IMG/VR virus record: IMGVR_UViG_3300031088_000758
DNA length: 64,000 nt
Strand: one strand, 5' to 3'
Source of the DNA: a virus
Lineage: Duplodnaviria > Caudoviricetes
A program made the position numbers and the translations under genes. Shown here piece after piece: positions 1 through 10,228 of this stretch. The notes beneath the pieces were generated by a model. The model searched no databases and was not told the origin of the DNA. It saw nothing but the letters and a program-made list of their open reading frames with translations. The stretch's first letter is position 1. Each line of letters begins with the position of its first letter.

Positions 1-2
1 GC

Positions 3-827
3 GGAACAGCAGTTTTCATTGATGCCGAAAATGCTTTGGATCCGAAATATGCAGCTAAGCTTGGAGTTAATCTGGCTGAACTCGCGGTGGCTCAGCCAGA
101 CTCAGCTGAGCAGGCTTTGAACCTTATGCAAGATTTGATTGAATCAGGAGTTGTGGATATCATTGTTCTCGACTCAATTGCTGCTTTGGTTCCCCAGGCT
201 GAACTTGATGGAGATGCAGGAGATCATACTATTGGTCTTGTAGCGCGTTTGTTGTCTAAACAGTTGAAGAAGATGATTAAGCCAGCTAACCAAACAAATA
301 CAACTGTTTTGTTCATTAATCAGACTCGTGATGCTATTGGTTCCTTCTCACCTTTCGGTACTCCTCAAACTACAACTGGTGGTAAGGCTATGAAGTTCTA
401 CGCTTCACAAAGAATTGAGATCAAACGAGGTCAACAAGTAAAGAATGACTCTGGAACTGGTGACAGCAAAGAAATCATTGGTAACCAGGTGAAATTCAAA
501 ATTGTAAAGAACAAAGTTGCCCCTCCTTTCGGTACAGGAGAATCAGTTCTTACCTTCAACCAGGGTATTAACATTCCTGCTGAAATCATGGAGGTTGGTG
601 TTCAATACGGTATAGTTGAGAAACCAAACCTTCGTACTTATGTAGAAGTTGAAACTGGTGAAGTATTCGGTAAGAGTAAAGCTGAGGCTTTGGACAGGTT
701 AAAGAATGATGAAGAGTTGCTTAACCGTTTGATTAAGGCTTCGAAAAAGAAGATTACTGATGATTTGTTCCAGCAAGACACCAGTTCTCAACAAGAAGAG
801 GAAGAAGATTTTGACGAAGAAGAGTGA
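3..827 (+). CDS. recA: RecA recombinase (5'-truncated by the window edge)
   Basis: Frame is open from base 3 (GTAVFIDAENALDP). RecA motifs IIVLDSIAALVP, FINQTR, TTGGKAMKFYASQR and KIVKNKVAPPF; acidic tail. Confidence 0.95.
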   Translation, partial: GTAVFIDAENALDPKYAAKLGVNLAELAVAQPDSAEQALNLMQDLIESGVVDIIVLDSIAALVPQAELDGDAGDHTIGLVARLLSKQLKKMIKPANQTNTTVLFINQTRDAIGSFSPFGTPQTTTGGKAMKFYASQRIEIKRGQQVKNDSGTGDSKEIIGNQVKFKIVKNKVAPPFGTGESVLTFNQGINIPAEIMEVGVQYGIVEKPNLRTYVEVETGEVFGKSKAEALDRLKNDEELLNRLIKASKKKITDDLFQQDTSSQQEEEEDFDEEE

Positions 828-859
828 CCTTATTGTGGTTACATAGTATTTTCATAATT

Positions 860-909
860 TGAAGCAGGACACTACTTGACAAATAATACACAAGTAGTGT
901 CCTGCTTCA
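860..909. terminator. Long perfect inverted repeat, probable intrinsic terminator after recA
   Basis: tgaagcaggacactacttg ... caagtagtgtcctgcttca (19-bp stem). Confidence 0.75.
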
Positions 910-923
910 GTTTTGTGCTTAAA

Positions 924-952
924 TTGACTTAAGCATCATAGTTTGGTATAAT
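924..952 (+). promoter_or_regulatory. Sigma70/SigA-type promoter
   Basis: TTGACT-17 bp-TATAAT with extended -10 TG. Confidence 0.65.
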
Positions 953-1073
953 TATTATTGACAATATTATATTAATGTTATTTTTTTAAAATGTTTGTTT
1001 TTGTGATTTGACAAATGTTTTAAAATATGGCATAATAAGAGACAAGAAACAAAAAACATCTTTGGAGGGTTTA

Positions 1074-2279
1074 ATGTCTAATAATGTAAGTGAAACTGCT
1101 TTACGTGTTGCTGTTGCTGCACGTATGCCTGTAATGCTTGTTGGTGCACCAGGAACTTCTAAAACTGCAATGGTTAATGCTATGGCGGAAGAAATGGAAT
1201 ACGATGTTATTCCCATTATTCTTTCACGAATGGCTGAAACTGATGTGACAGGTTTTCCTACAAAGGGAAATTACGATGATGGTCATGAGACTAAATCCAT
1301 GACAGAGTATGCTCCTCAGTATTGGCAGGTAGAAACTCTGCAAAAGAAGAGTGTTATTCTGTTCTTTGATGAATTTTCAAATGCGCCACCTGATGTGCGT
1401 GCTTCTTGTTTGACAATTATGCAAGATCGTATGTTCCCTAATGGTGATGCATTCCCAGAAGAAACAGTCATTATCGGAGCTATGAACCCTACTGATTCAG
1501 CTGCTGATGGTTATGATTTGGATAAGCCTACTTCAAACCGAATGATGTTCCTGAATTGGAAACCCAGCACAGAAAGCTGGCTTAATGGTATGCCTGATAA
1601 TTGGGGCAAAGGTGTAGCGAATGATAACGAGGCGAAATGGCGTGGACTGATTGTTAGGTTCATTCGTGATAATCCTGGTTCTTTGCATAACGAAGGAAAC
1701 GATTCTGGCAGTAATGAAGCCTTTGGTGTGGATCAAAGTGATTCTTCGGCTATGGCTGTTTTGCAATACGCTTGGGCTTCACGTCGTTCTTGGGACAATC
1801 TTAGTCGTGTTCTGGGAACTCTTCATGAACAAGGTATTAAAGACACTAGTATTGAAGATGAGATTATTGCTGGAACAGTCGGTTATGCTGAGGCACATCG
1901 TTTCCGTGATTGGCTGAGGAAGAATAGTTCTTTGAATGTTAAAGAAATTATCGCTAACCCACGTAAATTTAATGGATGGGCAGGAATTGTTCAGGATGAT
2001 GCCAATCTTATTCTTCGTTCAGCAATTGATAGCCTGAAAGACGAAAGTAAGAAATCTCAGTCTGTGAAACACTTTGAGAATGTTTTCGATATTTTCAGGT
2101 TGTTCCAAGAAAACGATCGTGGATCTCTTGCTGCTGGGTTCCTAGATGAGCTTACGGGTTCTGTCCCTAGTCTGAAAGGAAAAGTTTCAGATGAAGAATT
2201 GGCAGGTTTGAGAAAATCAGCTCTTACAGTTCTTAAAAGCTACCATGATATCTTCAACCAACGAAAAGTCCAAAAATAA
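1074..2279 (+). CDS. MoxR/dynein-related AAA+ ATPase
   Basis: Walker A GAPGTSKT, Walker B LFFDEFSNA, GAMNP and RRSW motifs. ATG 1074 is preceded by GGAGG. Confidence 0.8.
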   Translation: MSNNVSETALRVAVAARMPVMLVGAPGTSKTAMVNAMAEEMEYDVIPIILSRMAETDVTGFPTKGNYDDGHETKSMTEYAPQYWQVETLQKKSVILFFDEFSNAPPDVRASCLTIMQDRMFPNGDAFPEETVIIGAMNPTDSAADGYDLDKPTSNRMMFLNWKPSTESWLNGMPDNWGKGVANDNEAKWRGLIVRFIRDNPGSLHNEGNDSGSNEAFGVDQSDSSAMAVLQYAWASRRSWDNLSRVLGTLHEQGIKDTSIEDEIIAGTVGYAEAHRFRDWLRKNSSLNVKEIIANPRKFNGWAGIVQDDANLILRSAIDSLKDESKKSQSVKHFENVFDIFRLFQENDRGSLAAGFLDELTGSVPSLKGKVSDEELAGLRKSALTVLKSYHDIFNQRKVQK

Positions 2280-2285
2280 GTGAAT

Positions 2286-2340
2286 AAATAGCTAAGAACG
2301 TCAAGTGGAAATAGTTGAAGCTTGACGTTCTTAGCTATTT
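2286..2340. terminator. Long perfect inverted repeat / terminator
   Basis: aaatagctaagaacgtcaag ... cttgacgttcttagctattt (20-bp stem). Confidence 0.75.
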
Positions 2341-2443
2341 GTAGCTTAAAATAGAAAAACAAAGTGTCAAAAATAAACGATTAGATCATTTTTCTTTGTT
2401 AAGATATGCTAGATGAATAACGTTGTGTTGAAAGAGGTTAAGA

Positions 2444-4723
2444 ATGTCGGATGCTGGTACTTTGTATAAAATGGCTCAGAGGCGATTAGTTGCCACTTTA
2501 ATGTATGTTGGTCAAGGAGCTAATCAGGTTTTTGAGATTGTAAACCCTGAAGACATGGATGAGCCAGCATTAGAGCTAATATTGACTTCCATGGTGAATT
2601 TAACAAGAAGAAATGAAAGCATTAGCCCAATTTCTGTTGCTCGTGAATTAGAATCTTCGGGTAATTTGGATAAAGCTGGCGGAATTTCTGAACTTCACTC
2701 TCTACACTCAGAAGGTGAAAAATATAGTCTTGAAGCTCCTATTGAAATGTATGCGGAAATACTTAGGGATACTAGTGCAAAAACTAGAATTAACTTTGTT
2801 CTAGATGAATCTAAGCAGAATTTTAAAGATGATTCAGGAATAAGTACCGTAGATGCTGTGTCAGAGTTGCAGTCAATTCTAAATCAACAATTAGTTGGAT
2901 TATCAAATGAGTCAACAGTTACAAGAGTACAAGTTAATGCTCAATCATATGAAGAAAGAATTGAAGAGCGCAGAAGAATTAGTGAAGAGAACAAAGAACA
3001 AGCTGATGGACTGCAGGGAATCCCTTCATTACTTCCTACATTAAATAAATACACACACGGATGGGCACCTTCTCAAATGATAACTGTTGGTGCTAGAACA
3101 GGTGTAGGTAAAGCACTTAGTATTGACACCCCGATTTTGACATCACAAGGATGGAAGGATATGGGTGATATCGCAAAAGGTGATTTTGTTTATGGAAGAA
3201 ACGGTAAATTAACAAAGGTTCTCAATGTCACGGAACACCAGTACGAAAGAACAGTTTATGCAGTAAGTTTTAATAATGGTGAAAGAATATTAGCGGATGC
3301 TGATCATTTGTGGATTGTTGAAGACCCTGAAAGCCGAATCGGAAAAAGCGTTGAAAAAGTTTTGACAACAAAAGATATCTTAGATAATTTAATGTATTCA
3401 GACTACCAAGGTACTAAGAGACTATCTTATTCTGTAAGAATTTCAGAACCATTAATCAACAAACATAATGACAATCTTTCAAATCCGTATAATTTTGGAT
3501 TGCAATTAGCTGAAGGTTTTGTTAATTTTGCTCTTTTGGCTGAGGAAGATATGAATGTTGAAACGTATTTAAAAGAATTGATACTAAGTTCTTTTGAACA
3601 ACGTAATGATTTCGTTTCTGGTCTTATTGAATCTGAGAAAGATGATACTCCTTATTTGTATTTTGCTGATTTTGTAGTTGCGGATTCTATTCGCACTATT
3701 TTTAGTTCATTAGGGTATATGACATTTTTTGATTTTGATGAGGAATTTAATTCTTATCGTGTGTCTTTTTATTCACCTAATGAAAACATTTCAATAACTG
3801 GAAAATATTCAACGTATATTACGAATATTGAAGAAGTTGAAAGTGTTCCTGTAAAATGTATTGAAGTAGACAATGAAGATCATACTTATCTTGCTGGACA
3901 TTCTTTGATCCCTACACATAATAGTGTTTTTGCTGTGAATAACGCTGTGGCAGCTGCTCGTGCTGGAAAATCTGTTTTGTTTTTTACCTTGGAAATGGGT
4001 AATGATGAAATTGATGACAGAATCATTGCTTCAATGTCAGGTGTTTCAATGTCAAGGCTTAAAGAAGGTAATTTAAGCGATGAAGATAAGACATTAGTAA
4101 AAAAGAGTCTTGAAGAGTTAAAAGACATGAAAATCATGGTGGATAGTGATCCCAGAGTGAATGTTGACACTATTAGGGCACGAGCTTTCAAACAAGCACA
4201 ATCACCTGAAGGTTTAGACCTAGTTATTGTAGATTATTTACAGTTGATTTCACCTGCTGGTAGTTATTCAAGTAGGCAAGAAGCAGTTGCCGATATTTCG
4301 CGTAATATGAAACTTACAGCGAAAACTCTTGAAGTTCCTATTATAGTTCTTGTACAGCTAAATCGTGGAAAAGGTGATGATGAAGAGGAAAACAAGCTCC
4401 CATCACTAGACCATATTCGTGAATCAGGCTCTATTGCTATGGACTCTGACGTTGTTATTCTTCTTCACAGAGATGATACTTTTGATGACACAACACCTCA
4501 TACTCTTGTTATTTTGGATAAAAACCGTAATGGTGAGTCGCATAAAGTTATTAGATGTCATTCAAATCTTGAATGTTCTCTCTTCCGTGAAGTTAAGAGA
4601 GAGAAAGATGTGTCAGAAGAACGTTTGACAGATGAAGAAATGTCAGAACTTGAAGCGGACATTGATTTAGATGATTTTGATGGTTATGATTTAGATGACA
4701 ATGATTTAAGTTTAGATTTATGA
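2444..4723 (+). CDS. dnaB: Replicative DNA helicase DnaB containing an intein
   Basis: GARTGVGK|S P-loop split by an intein; FFTLEM, VIVDYLQL, QLNR, IRESGSIAMDSD and KNRNG motifs. Confidence 0.95.
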   Translation: MSDAGTLYKMAQRRLVATLMYVGQGANQVFEIVNPEDMDEPALELILTSMVNLTRRNESISPISVARELESSGNLDKAGGISELHSLHSEGEKYSLEAPIEMYAEILRDTSAKTRINFVLDESKQNFKDDSGISTVDAVSELQSILNQQLVGLSNESTVTRVQVNAQSYEERIEERRRISEENKEQADGLQGIPSLLPTLNKYTHGWAPSQMITVGARTGVGKALSIDTPILTSQGWKDMGDIAKGDFVYGRNGKLTKVLNVTEHQYERTVYAVSFNNGERILADADHLWIVEDPESRIGKSVEKVLTTKDILDNLMYSDYQGTKRLSYSVRISEPLINKHNDNLSNPYNFGLQLAEGFVNFALLAEEDMNVETYLKELILSSFEQRNDFVSGLIESEKDDTPYLYFADFVVADSIRTIFSSLGYMTFFDFDEEFNSYRVSFYSPNENISITGKYSTYITNIEEVESVPVKCIEVDNEDHTYLAGHSLIPTHNSVFAVNNAVAAARAGKSVLFFTLEMGNDEIDDRIIASMSGVSMSRLKEGNLSDEDKTLVKKSLEELKDMKIMVDSDPRVNVDTIRARAFKQAQSPEGLDLVIVDYLQLISPAGSYSSRQEAVADISRNMKLTAKTLEVPIIVLVQLNRGKGDDEEENKLPSLDHIRESGSIAMDSDVVILLHRDDTFDDTTPHTLVILDKNRNGESHKVIRCHSNLECSLFREVKREKDVSEERLTDEEMSELEADIDLDDFDGYDLDDNDLSLDL
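3113..3922 (+). mobile_element. Class-3 (Ala1, W-C-T) intein of 270 aa in the DnaB Walker A; central endonuclease region looks degenerate
   Basis: Begins ALSIDTPILTSQGW; block B ADADHLW; block F VKCIEVD; ends PTHN followed by Ser. Confidence 0.9.
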
Positions 4724-4736
4724 GGAGTGTTGAAAA

Positions 4737-5141
4737 ATGAAAAAACCTGCAGCTAAACATAATCCACTTTTTATGAAAGATGAGAATGCGCTGGATTTTG
4801 GGGAAGATTTTGACCCTAAGGTTTTAACAGTTGAAGAAAAACAGGATGATTTTATGTCAAAATACATGGAGAACATAGATCCTGTGGGGAGATATGAGAA
4901 ATATTTTCAATCATCAGCTAAAAGTGTAGATCATATTCTTCGTGATGTTAAATTGTTCTACAAAAAACTTGTTTTAGAAGGTTCTTGGAGTGATCGTAAA
5001 TATGTTGAGGTAATTAACGATCTTTTCGAGAATAGGATTACTATTTCAGTTGTTACGTTAGATCGTTCAGGTTTGATGTATGATAAAGGACAGTTAACAT
5101 CTCAAAGAAAAGTTCGCCGTGGACGGGGGAGAAAGCAATGA
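4737..5141 (+). CDS. Hypothetical protein
   Basis: ORF with GAGGAG SD; stop overlaps the next start. Confidence 0.7.
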   Translation: MKKPAAKHNPLFMKDENALDFGEDFDPKVLTVEEKQDDFMSKYMENIDPVGRYEKYFQSSAKSVDHILRDVKLFYKKLVLEGSWSDRKYVEVINDLFENRITISVVTLDRSGLMYDKGQLTSQRKVRRGRGRKQ

Positions 5142-5932
5142 TGGAAGAAGATATGAACGAATCTGATTTGTTTTTTAAAGCTGCTAGTAATGGTAAGTAC
5201 AGCTATAAAAAACATAATGAAACTGATTTCGAAAGATTCAATAAATTTCAAAATGAGATTGATGAAAGATATTCTGAATTGGAAAGACAGCGTACTTTGA
5301 GAGAGCGCATAAATAGTCTAAAAAAATGGGATGAAAGTCTTCCTGAAAGATGGCGCGGAGCATCACTTAGCAATATAGAAAACCCCGCTGCTAAAGAAGC
5401 TACTGAGATAATTAACAAACTTGGAAAAGGCAGCTTCTTCATGACTGGTGATGTAGGTTCTGGAAAAACTTATATAAGTTACGCTATTGTACGTAAATAC
5501 ATAGGAAAAGGTTGGACATCACGTTCCCAGGTCAAAATTCTTTCAGAAGAATCAATGCTCAACTTAGCATATACAGGATTCGAAGGAAAATCAAAATTTG
5601 AGAAACTTTTTGATTCTCGCTATAACGTTTATATATTTGATAATGTAGGCGAAAGAGGAGAATACAACATAGTTAAAGAAGTTCCTCTTTGGGAGCGCAT
5701 GATTGACCATATTTACAACAATTCTTTATCCGCGATTTTTACTAGTCTTAATTCTCCAGTTGAGTTTTCTCAATTGATGAGTGATTCAGCTCAAGCTAAA
5801 TTTAGCCATCTCATCTCTGAGAGAATCATAAACGTTAAAGGGTCAAGGACTCCTGTTTTAAGCGATAATGATGATGTATACACGGAGAAAAAGAAAAAGT
5901 CTGATGATCCTTTCAGCGCTTTTGATGGCTGA
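5138..5932 (+). CDS. DnaC/IstB-like ATPase (helicase loader)
   Basis: LPERWRGASL, Walker A GDVGSGKT, Walker B-like IFDNVG, IFTS; close to dnaB. Confidence 0.75.
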   Translation: MMEEDMNESDLFFKAASNGKYSYKKHNETDFERFNKFQNEIDERYSELERQRTLRERINSLKKWDESLPERWRGASLSNIENPAAKEATEIINKLGKGSFFMTGDVGSGKTYISYAIVRKYIGKGWTSRSQVKILSEESMLNLAYTGFEGKSKFEKLFDSRYNVYIFDNVGERGEYNIVKEVPLWERMIDHIYNNSLSAIFTSLNSPVEFSQLMSDSAQAKFSHLISERIINVKGSRTPVLSDNDDVYTEKKKKSDDPFSAFDG

Positions 5933-6019
5933 TGCGTTGATTTATCTTTAAAAAACAGTTTTTATGGGGTTTTTTGGTGTTTAAATTGGTAAGATTAAAA
6001 AGTTATTAGTTTTAGATAA

Positions 6020-8386
6020 GTGTGGGAGAAAGATATGCCAAAAAGAACCGATAAAAATTACGTGGATACTGACATTAACGGGTTTTTTTCACATAAAGAC
6101 GAACCGATAAAGACAGACTTCGCTCCAAAAGCACCTGGATTTTTTGGTATTGTAGGAAAGTTGTTTAGTTTTGTTAGTGTAGCTGTGGTTATAGGTTTAC
6201 TTCTTACTTTGATGCCTACTGCAGCTATTAGTGGCGGGGTAATGGGAACGGCTGAAGCAGTAGACATATGGCGAGAACTCCCTGATGAACTTGATGATAT
6301 AAGTATCGCAGAGCGTAATGTCATGTATGATGCTAATGGTGACATATTTGCTCAAGTCTGGGCTGAAGATCGTGTGGCATTGGAATCGTTGGACGAAATT
6401 AGTGATTACGCTGAAAAAGGCTTGATAGCCACAGAGGATAAAAGATTCTATGAGCACACCGGAATTGACTATATAGGAACAGCACGTTCAGCTGTGAGTG
6501 GTTCTGGTGGTGGGTCTGGTTTGACTCAGCAATTGGTCAAGAATTTACAATTCTATAATATGGCTGGTAAAGAAGATAAAGAATCCGCAATTGAAACAAG
6601 TTATGCAAGAAAATTGCGCGAATTGAAGCTTGCTTATAACTATGAAGAAAATCATACAAAAGACGAAATTCTTCTTGAATATTTTAATACTGTTGCGTTT
6701 GGAGCACCTAATATTTACTCCATCGAATCAGCTTCACAGTATTTCTTTGGGAAATCAGCAAAAGATTTGACACTTGCTGAATCAGCCGTTCTAGTAGGTT
6801 CTGTCCAAAATCCAGTTATATATGATTTGAATGATGATGACCAAAAAGATTTGTGGAAAAATCGTCAATTAGCAGTTCTTGACAGAATGTTTGCTGAAGG
6901 TTATATAACACGTGAACAAGCACAGGAAGCTGCTGATGAGGAACTTACTCTAATTCGCAAAAAAACAAGTTATGGTAATTGTGCTTCAAGCAAATATCCT
7001 TTTTACTGCCAATATGTACTTGATCATTTAAGCAAGTCTCCAAGACTCGCTGAAACCCAAGAAGAAAGAGACGCTATTCTTGCTCGTGGTGGTTTACAAA
7101 TTAAAACATACTTAGAGCCACGTGTTGTGGATGAAATTAATGAAGAATTAAAGAACAGTTTTGGCAATGATTATCGTATTATTGCTCCTACAGCCGTAGT
7201 TGAACCAGGAACTGGAGGTGTCTCAGGTTTCGGTGTTAACCGAGAATACGGTGAAGGAGAAGGAAAGACTACTTTGAACTTGCCAAACACTCCTGTTGGT
7301 GTTGGTTCAACGTATAAACCAATTGTTTTAGCAGCTGCTTTTGATAGCGGTATGACTGAATCTGATCTGACATATAGTACACCTTGCCCATTCCGTCCTG
7401 ATGGCTACGATTATCCAGGTCAAGGATTCAAAAACTCTTTAGGGTGTAATAGTTTCCAAACTGGTGAATTAGACTATAAAGAAGCCACAGCTTGGTCTTC
7501 TAACACTTGGTATACAGATTTAGGAACTCGTGTAGGGTTGCCCAAAGTTAAGGAATTTAGTAAAGAGCTGGGATTGAATGTACCTGACAGTATTACAGAC
7601 AGAAGCCTTTCTCTTGTTCTTGGACCCGTAGAAAACAGCCCTGTTCAGATGGCAGCTGCATATGCAGCTTTTGCTAATCAAGGAATTTATTGTCCACCTA
7701 CTCCTGTTGCTAGTTATGAATATGCTGATGGAACAATACCTGCTATTCCTGATACTTATGACCCTGCATCAGAAGCATGTAAACGTGTTATGAGTCCTAA
7801 TACAGCAAGTTTGACTTTACAATCTTTGCGGGCTAATACTTATGAAGGTGAAGTTAAGAATCCTTTTGGTCGAACTGGTCAAGTGAGCGGTTATGATGCG
7901 GTAGGTAAATCTGGAACTAATGAAAGATTTGGATATAGCTGGGGACAAGTTTCTGCGAATTATTCAATGTTCATGAGTATCTATGATATGGATAGACCAA
8001 CTAATGAAGTATACGGTGTCACACGTTGGAGAGGTGCTACTCAATCTACTAATCCAGCTCCACAAGCAGGGGCTGCAGTATTACAAAGAGTTTTGCAAGG
8101 AACTCCAAAAGATAAGTTAGATTACAATAATAAAGATAAAAACAAAGAGACAGTTCCAGTAGAAAAACGTGATTTCTTTACTATCCCATCAGTCATAGGT
8201 ATGAAGCCTGCTGAAGCGGTTCAAGTTATGGAATCAGTGGGAATTACTACTCATGTAAGCAAAGAGACAAGAGATACACCTAACGAAAGCTATCCTGAAG
8301 GTGTAATAGTAGAACAGTCGTTAGAACCGGGAACTCAACTAGCAGTAGGAACTAGTAAAGAAGTGATCTTGTACATTACAGAATGA
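6020..8386 (+). CDS. Class A penicillin-binding protein (transglycosylase + transpeptidase + PASTA), PonA-like
   Basis: N-terminal TM. TG motifs EDKRFYEHTG, GGSGLTQQLVKN and RKLRE. TP motifs STYK, SSN and KSG. C-terminal PASTA (IPSVIGM...GVIVEQS). Start may be ATG 6035. Confidence 0.9.
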   Translation: MWEKDMPKRTDKNYVDTDINGFFSHKDEPIKTDFAPKAPGFFGIVGKLFSFVSVAVVIGLLLTLMPTAAISGGVMGTAEAVDIWRELPDELDDISIAERNVMYDANGDIFAQVWAEDRVALESLDEISDYAEKGLIATEDKRFYEHTGIDYIGTARSAVSGSGGGSGLTQQLVKNLQFYNMAGKEDKESAIETSYARKLRELKLAYNYEENHTKDEILLEYFNTVAFGAPNIYSIESASQYFFGKSAKDLTLAESAVLVGSVQNPVIYDLNDDDQKDLWKNRQLAVLDRMFAEGYITREQAQEAADEELTLIRKKTSYGNCASSKYPFYCQYVLDHLSKSPRLAETQEERDAILARGGLQIKTYLEPRVVDEINEELKNSFGNDYRIIAPTAVVEPGTGGVSGFGVNREYGEGEGKTTLNLPNTPVGVGSTYKPIVLAAAFDSGMTESDLTYSTPCPFRPDGYDYPGQGFKNSLGCNSFQTGELDYKEATAWSSNTWYTDLGTRVGLPKVKEFSKELGLNVPDSITDRSLSLVLGPVENSPVQMAAAYAAFANQGIYCPPTPVASYEYADGTIPAIPDTYDPASEACKRVMSPNTASLTLQSLRANTYEGEVKNPFGRTGQVSGYDAVGKSGTNERFGYSWGQVSANYSMFMSIYDMDRPTNEVYGVTRWRGATQSTNPAPQAGAAVLQRVLQGTPKDKLDYNNKDKNKETVPVEKRDFFTIPSVIGMKPAEAVQVMESVGITTHVSKETRDTPNESYPEGVIVEQSLEPGTQLAVGTSKEVILYITE

Positions 8387-8427
8387 TTTGCAGGTAAAGT
8401 TCAAATTTTAAGTTAAGGAAGATAAAA

Positions 8428-8925
8428 ATGACAATAAAGAAAGATGACGTTTTGGGCAAAGCAAAGAATGAGTTGGAAAGTTTCAAAACAGCAAAAGAAA
8501 AATTCGTCAATTCATACAAAGATTTAACAAATTCATATCAACAAGTATCCGATTCTATTGAAGAGTTGACAGATTTGAAAAAAATGATTGAAGAACAACT
8601 TGCAGAATTTAATGATATGGATGATTTGTCCTTTGAAAAAAGCGATTCTAACGGGAAGAAAGAACAAAAAGAAGAAAGTAGTAATTCTGCCTCTAAAAGT
8701 AGCAAAAAAGCCTCTTCTAGTCCAACTACACGTCCTTCCAGTGCTAAATCTAATACTAAAAAAGAACCTAATAAAGATTCCGATGAAAGCATAGATGAAG
8801 ACCAATCTGAAGAAGTTTCAGATCAGGATTTAGATAATGATTTAGGTATTTTGGACAAAGATTTGGATGTAGGTGAAGAAAACAAAAAGAACGAAGATGA
8901 AGATATAGATTTTCTTGATTTCTGA
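8428..8925 (+). CDS. Hypothetical coiled-coil/acidic protein
   Basis: ORF with AAGGA SD; low-complexity C-terminus. Confidence 0.7.
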   Translation: MTIKKDDVLGKAKNELESFKTAKEKFVNSYKDLTNSYQQVSDSIEELTDLKKMIEEQLAEFNDMDDLSFEKSDSNGKKEQKEESSNSASKSSKKASSSPTTRPSSAKSNTKKEPNKDSDESIDEDQSEEVSDQDLDNDLGILDKDLDVGEENKKNEDEDIDFLDF

Positions 8926-9008
8926 GTTTTTTGACAATATAAGTTGATAAAATACTTAAACAATAATAGTTGTATATTTTTATTTAAAACGTAATGAAAG
9001 GTTAGCTA

Positions 9009-10211
9009 ATGGAGCTGAAAGTAGAGATTAAAAGTTTTGTTGATGCTGTAAATTGGGTCACTAAAAACTACAATGGAAAAGATGATAGAGCTTACGTGGC
9101 TTTAACAATAGATGAAAACGGAAATGGAAAAATTTCCCACACAAACACTACTTCTTATATGAAAAGTGATTATACTGTACTTGATGTAAATTTTGACAAT
9201 GATGACGAAACAGAAGCTGAGTTTGCGATTGATGGAAACTTTTTACGAAAGTTTTCGAAAGCTATTGCAAGTTCTGACGGAGCATTGACTTTAAGTAAGA
9301 ATTTAAAAAGTAAGAGGACTTCTTTAGAAGCGAAAACCAAATCAGGAAAATTCACTCTTCCTTTATATGATGCGAAAATCTCAAAAGAGCCAAAAGTATT
9401 TGAACTTGGTGAGGTTGATGATAACGAATTCTTTGACATGTTGATTCGTGTTTCTAAGCTTTGTGATACAAATACTTCTGGTTCATCAATGTTTACTGGG
9501 GCTGTTGATTTCGGATTTAACACTGAGGATAAGAAGATTAAGCTTTTTGCTACGGACAGATTTGCTTTAAGTGAGGTTGTATTAGACTTTACGCCTGCTT
9601 CTAGTGATGATGAAGAGGTAGAGGAAGTTCTTTCAAAGCACCTTTTGTTACCTTATGACAAAGCTGGTTTAGTAGCAGCAACTAAGGGAATCAGCACTTC
9701 AATTTCAATAATCGCTGAAAGTGGCAATAAGGGTATTATGAGAGTTGGATATTCTTTCCCAGATGGTCGAATTGCTTTGTTCTCATTGCTTGATGCTTCT
9801 ACGTTCCCTAATGTAGATGCCATGAAAAAGAAAGCTCTAGACCCAGCAACTAATCATATTACTGTTTCCAAATCTGATTTGATGAACGCTATTAGTGTTG
9901 TTTCAAGTTTAGCATGGGAAGAAGACCACATATATCTCACCATATCACAAGATGGAATGACTATTTCTGATTCAAGCAATCAAAACGCTTTAAGTATAGA
10001 ACATTCTTCTGTTGAGTATGAAGGTGATGAGCCTTATCGTGCGAAATTCTTGCGTGCTACTTTGAACGAATCATTTAGTCCTATTACTACCGCTGATGTT
10101 ACTCTAAAATGGGGTTCCGAAAGTGCAGCTTTTGTTTTTGAACCAATTACAGAAGATGGCAAAGCAATTGACACTGTGTTTGTTATGTCTGTTTTGGCAA
10201 AGAACGAATGA
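9009..10211 (+). CDS. dnaN: DNA polymerase III beta sliding clamp
   Basis: About 400 aa; ATDRFAL (cf. ATDxxRL) and FP motif; replication-gene context. Confidence 0.75.
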   Translation: MELKVEIKSFVDAVNWVTKNYNGKDDRAYVALTIDENGNGKISHTNTTSYMKSDYTVLDVNFDNDDETEAEFAIDGNFLRKFSKAIASSDGALTLSKNLKSKRTSLEAKTKSGKFTLPLYDAKISKEPKVFELGEVDDNEFFDMLIRVSKLCDTNTSGSSMFTGAVDFGFNTEDKKIKLFATDRFALSEVVLDFTPASSDDEEVEEVLSKHLLLPYDKAGLVAATKGISTSISIIAESGNKGIMRVGYSFPDGRIALFSLLDASTFPNVDAMKKKALDPATNHITVSKSDLMNAISVVSSLAWEEDHIYLTISQDGMTISDSSNQNALSIEHSSVEYEGDEPYRAKFLRATLNESFSPITTADVTLKWGSESAAFVFEPITEDGKAIDTVFVMSVLAKNE

Positions 10212-10228
10212 TTTTGTAGTTTAAACCA

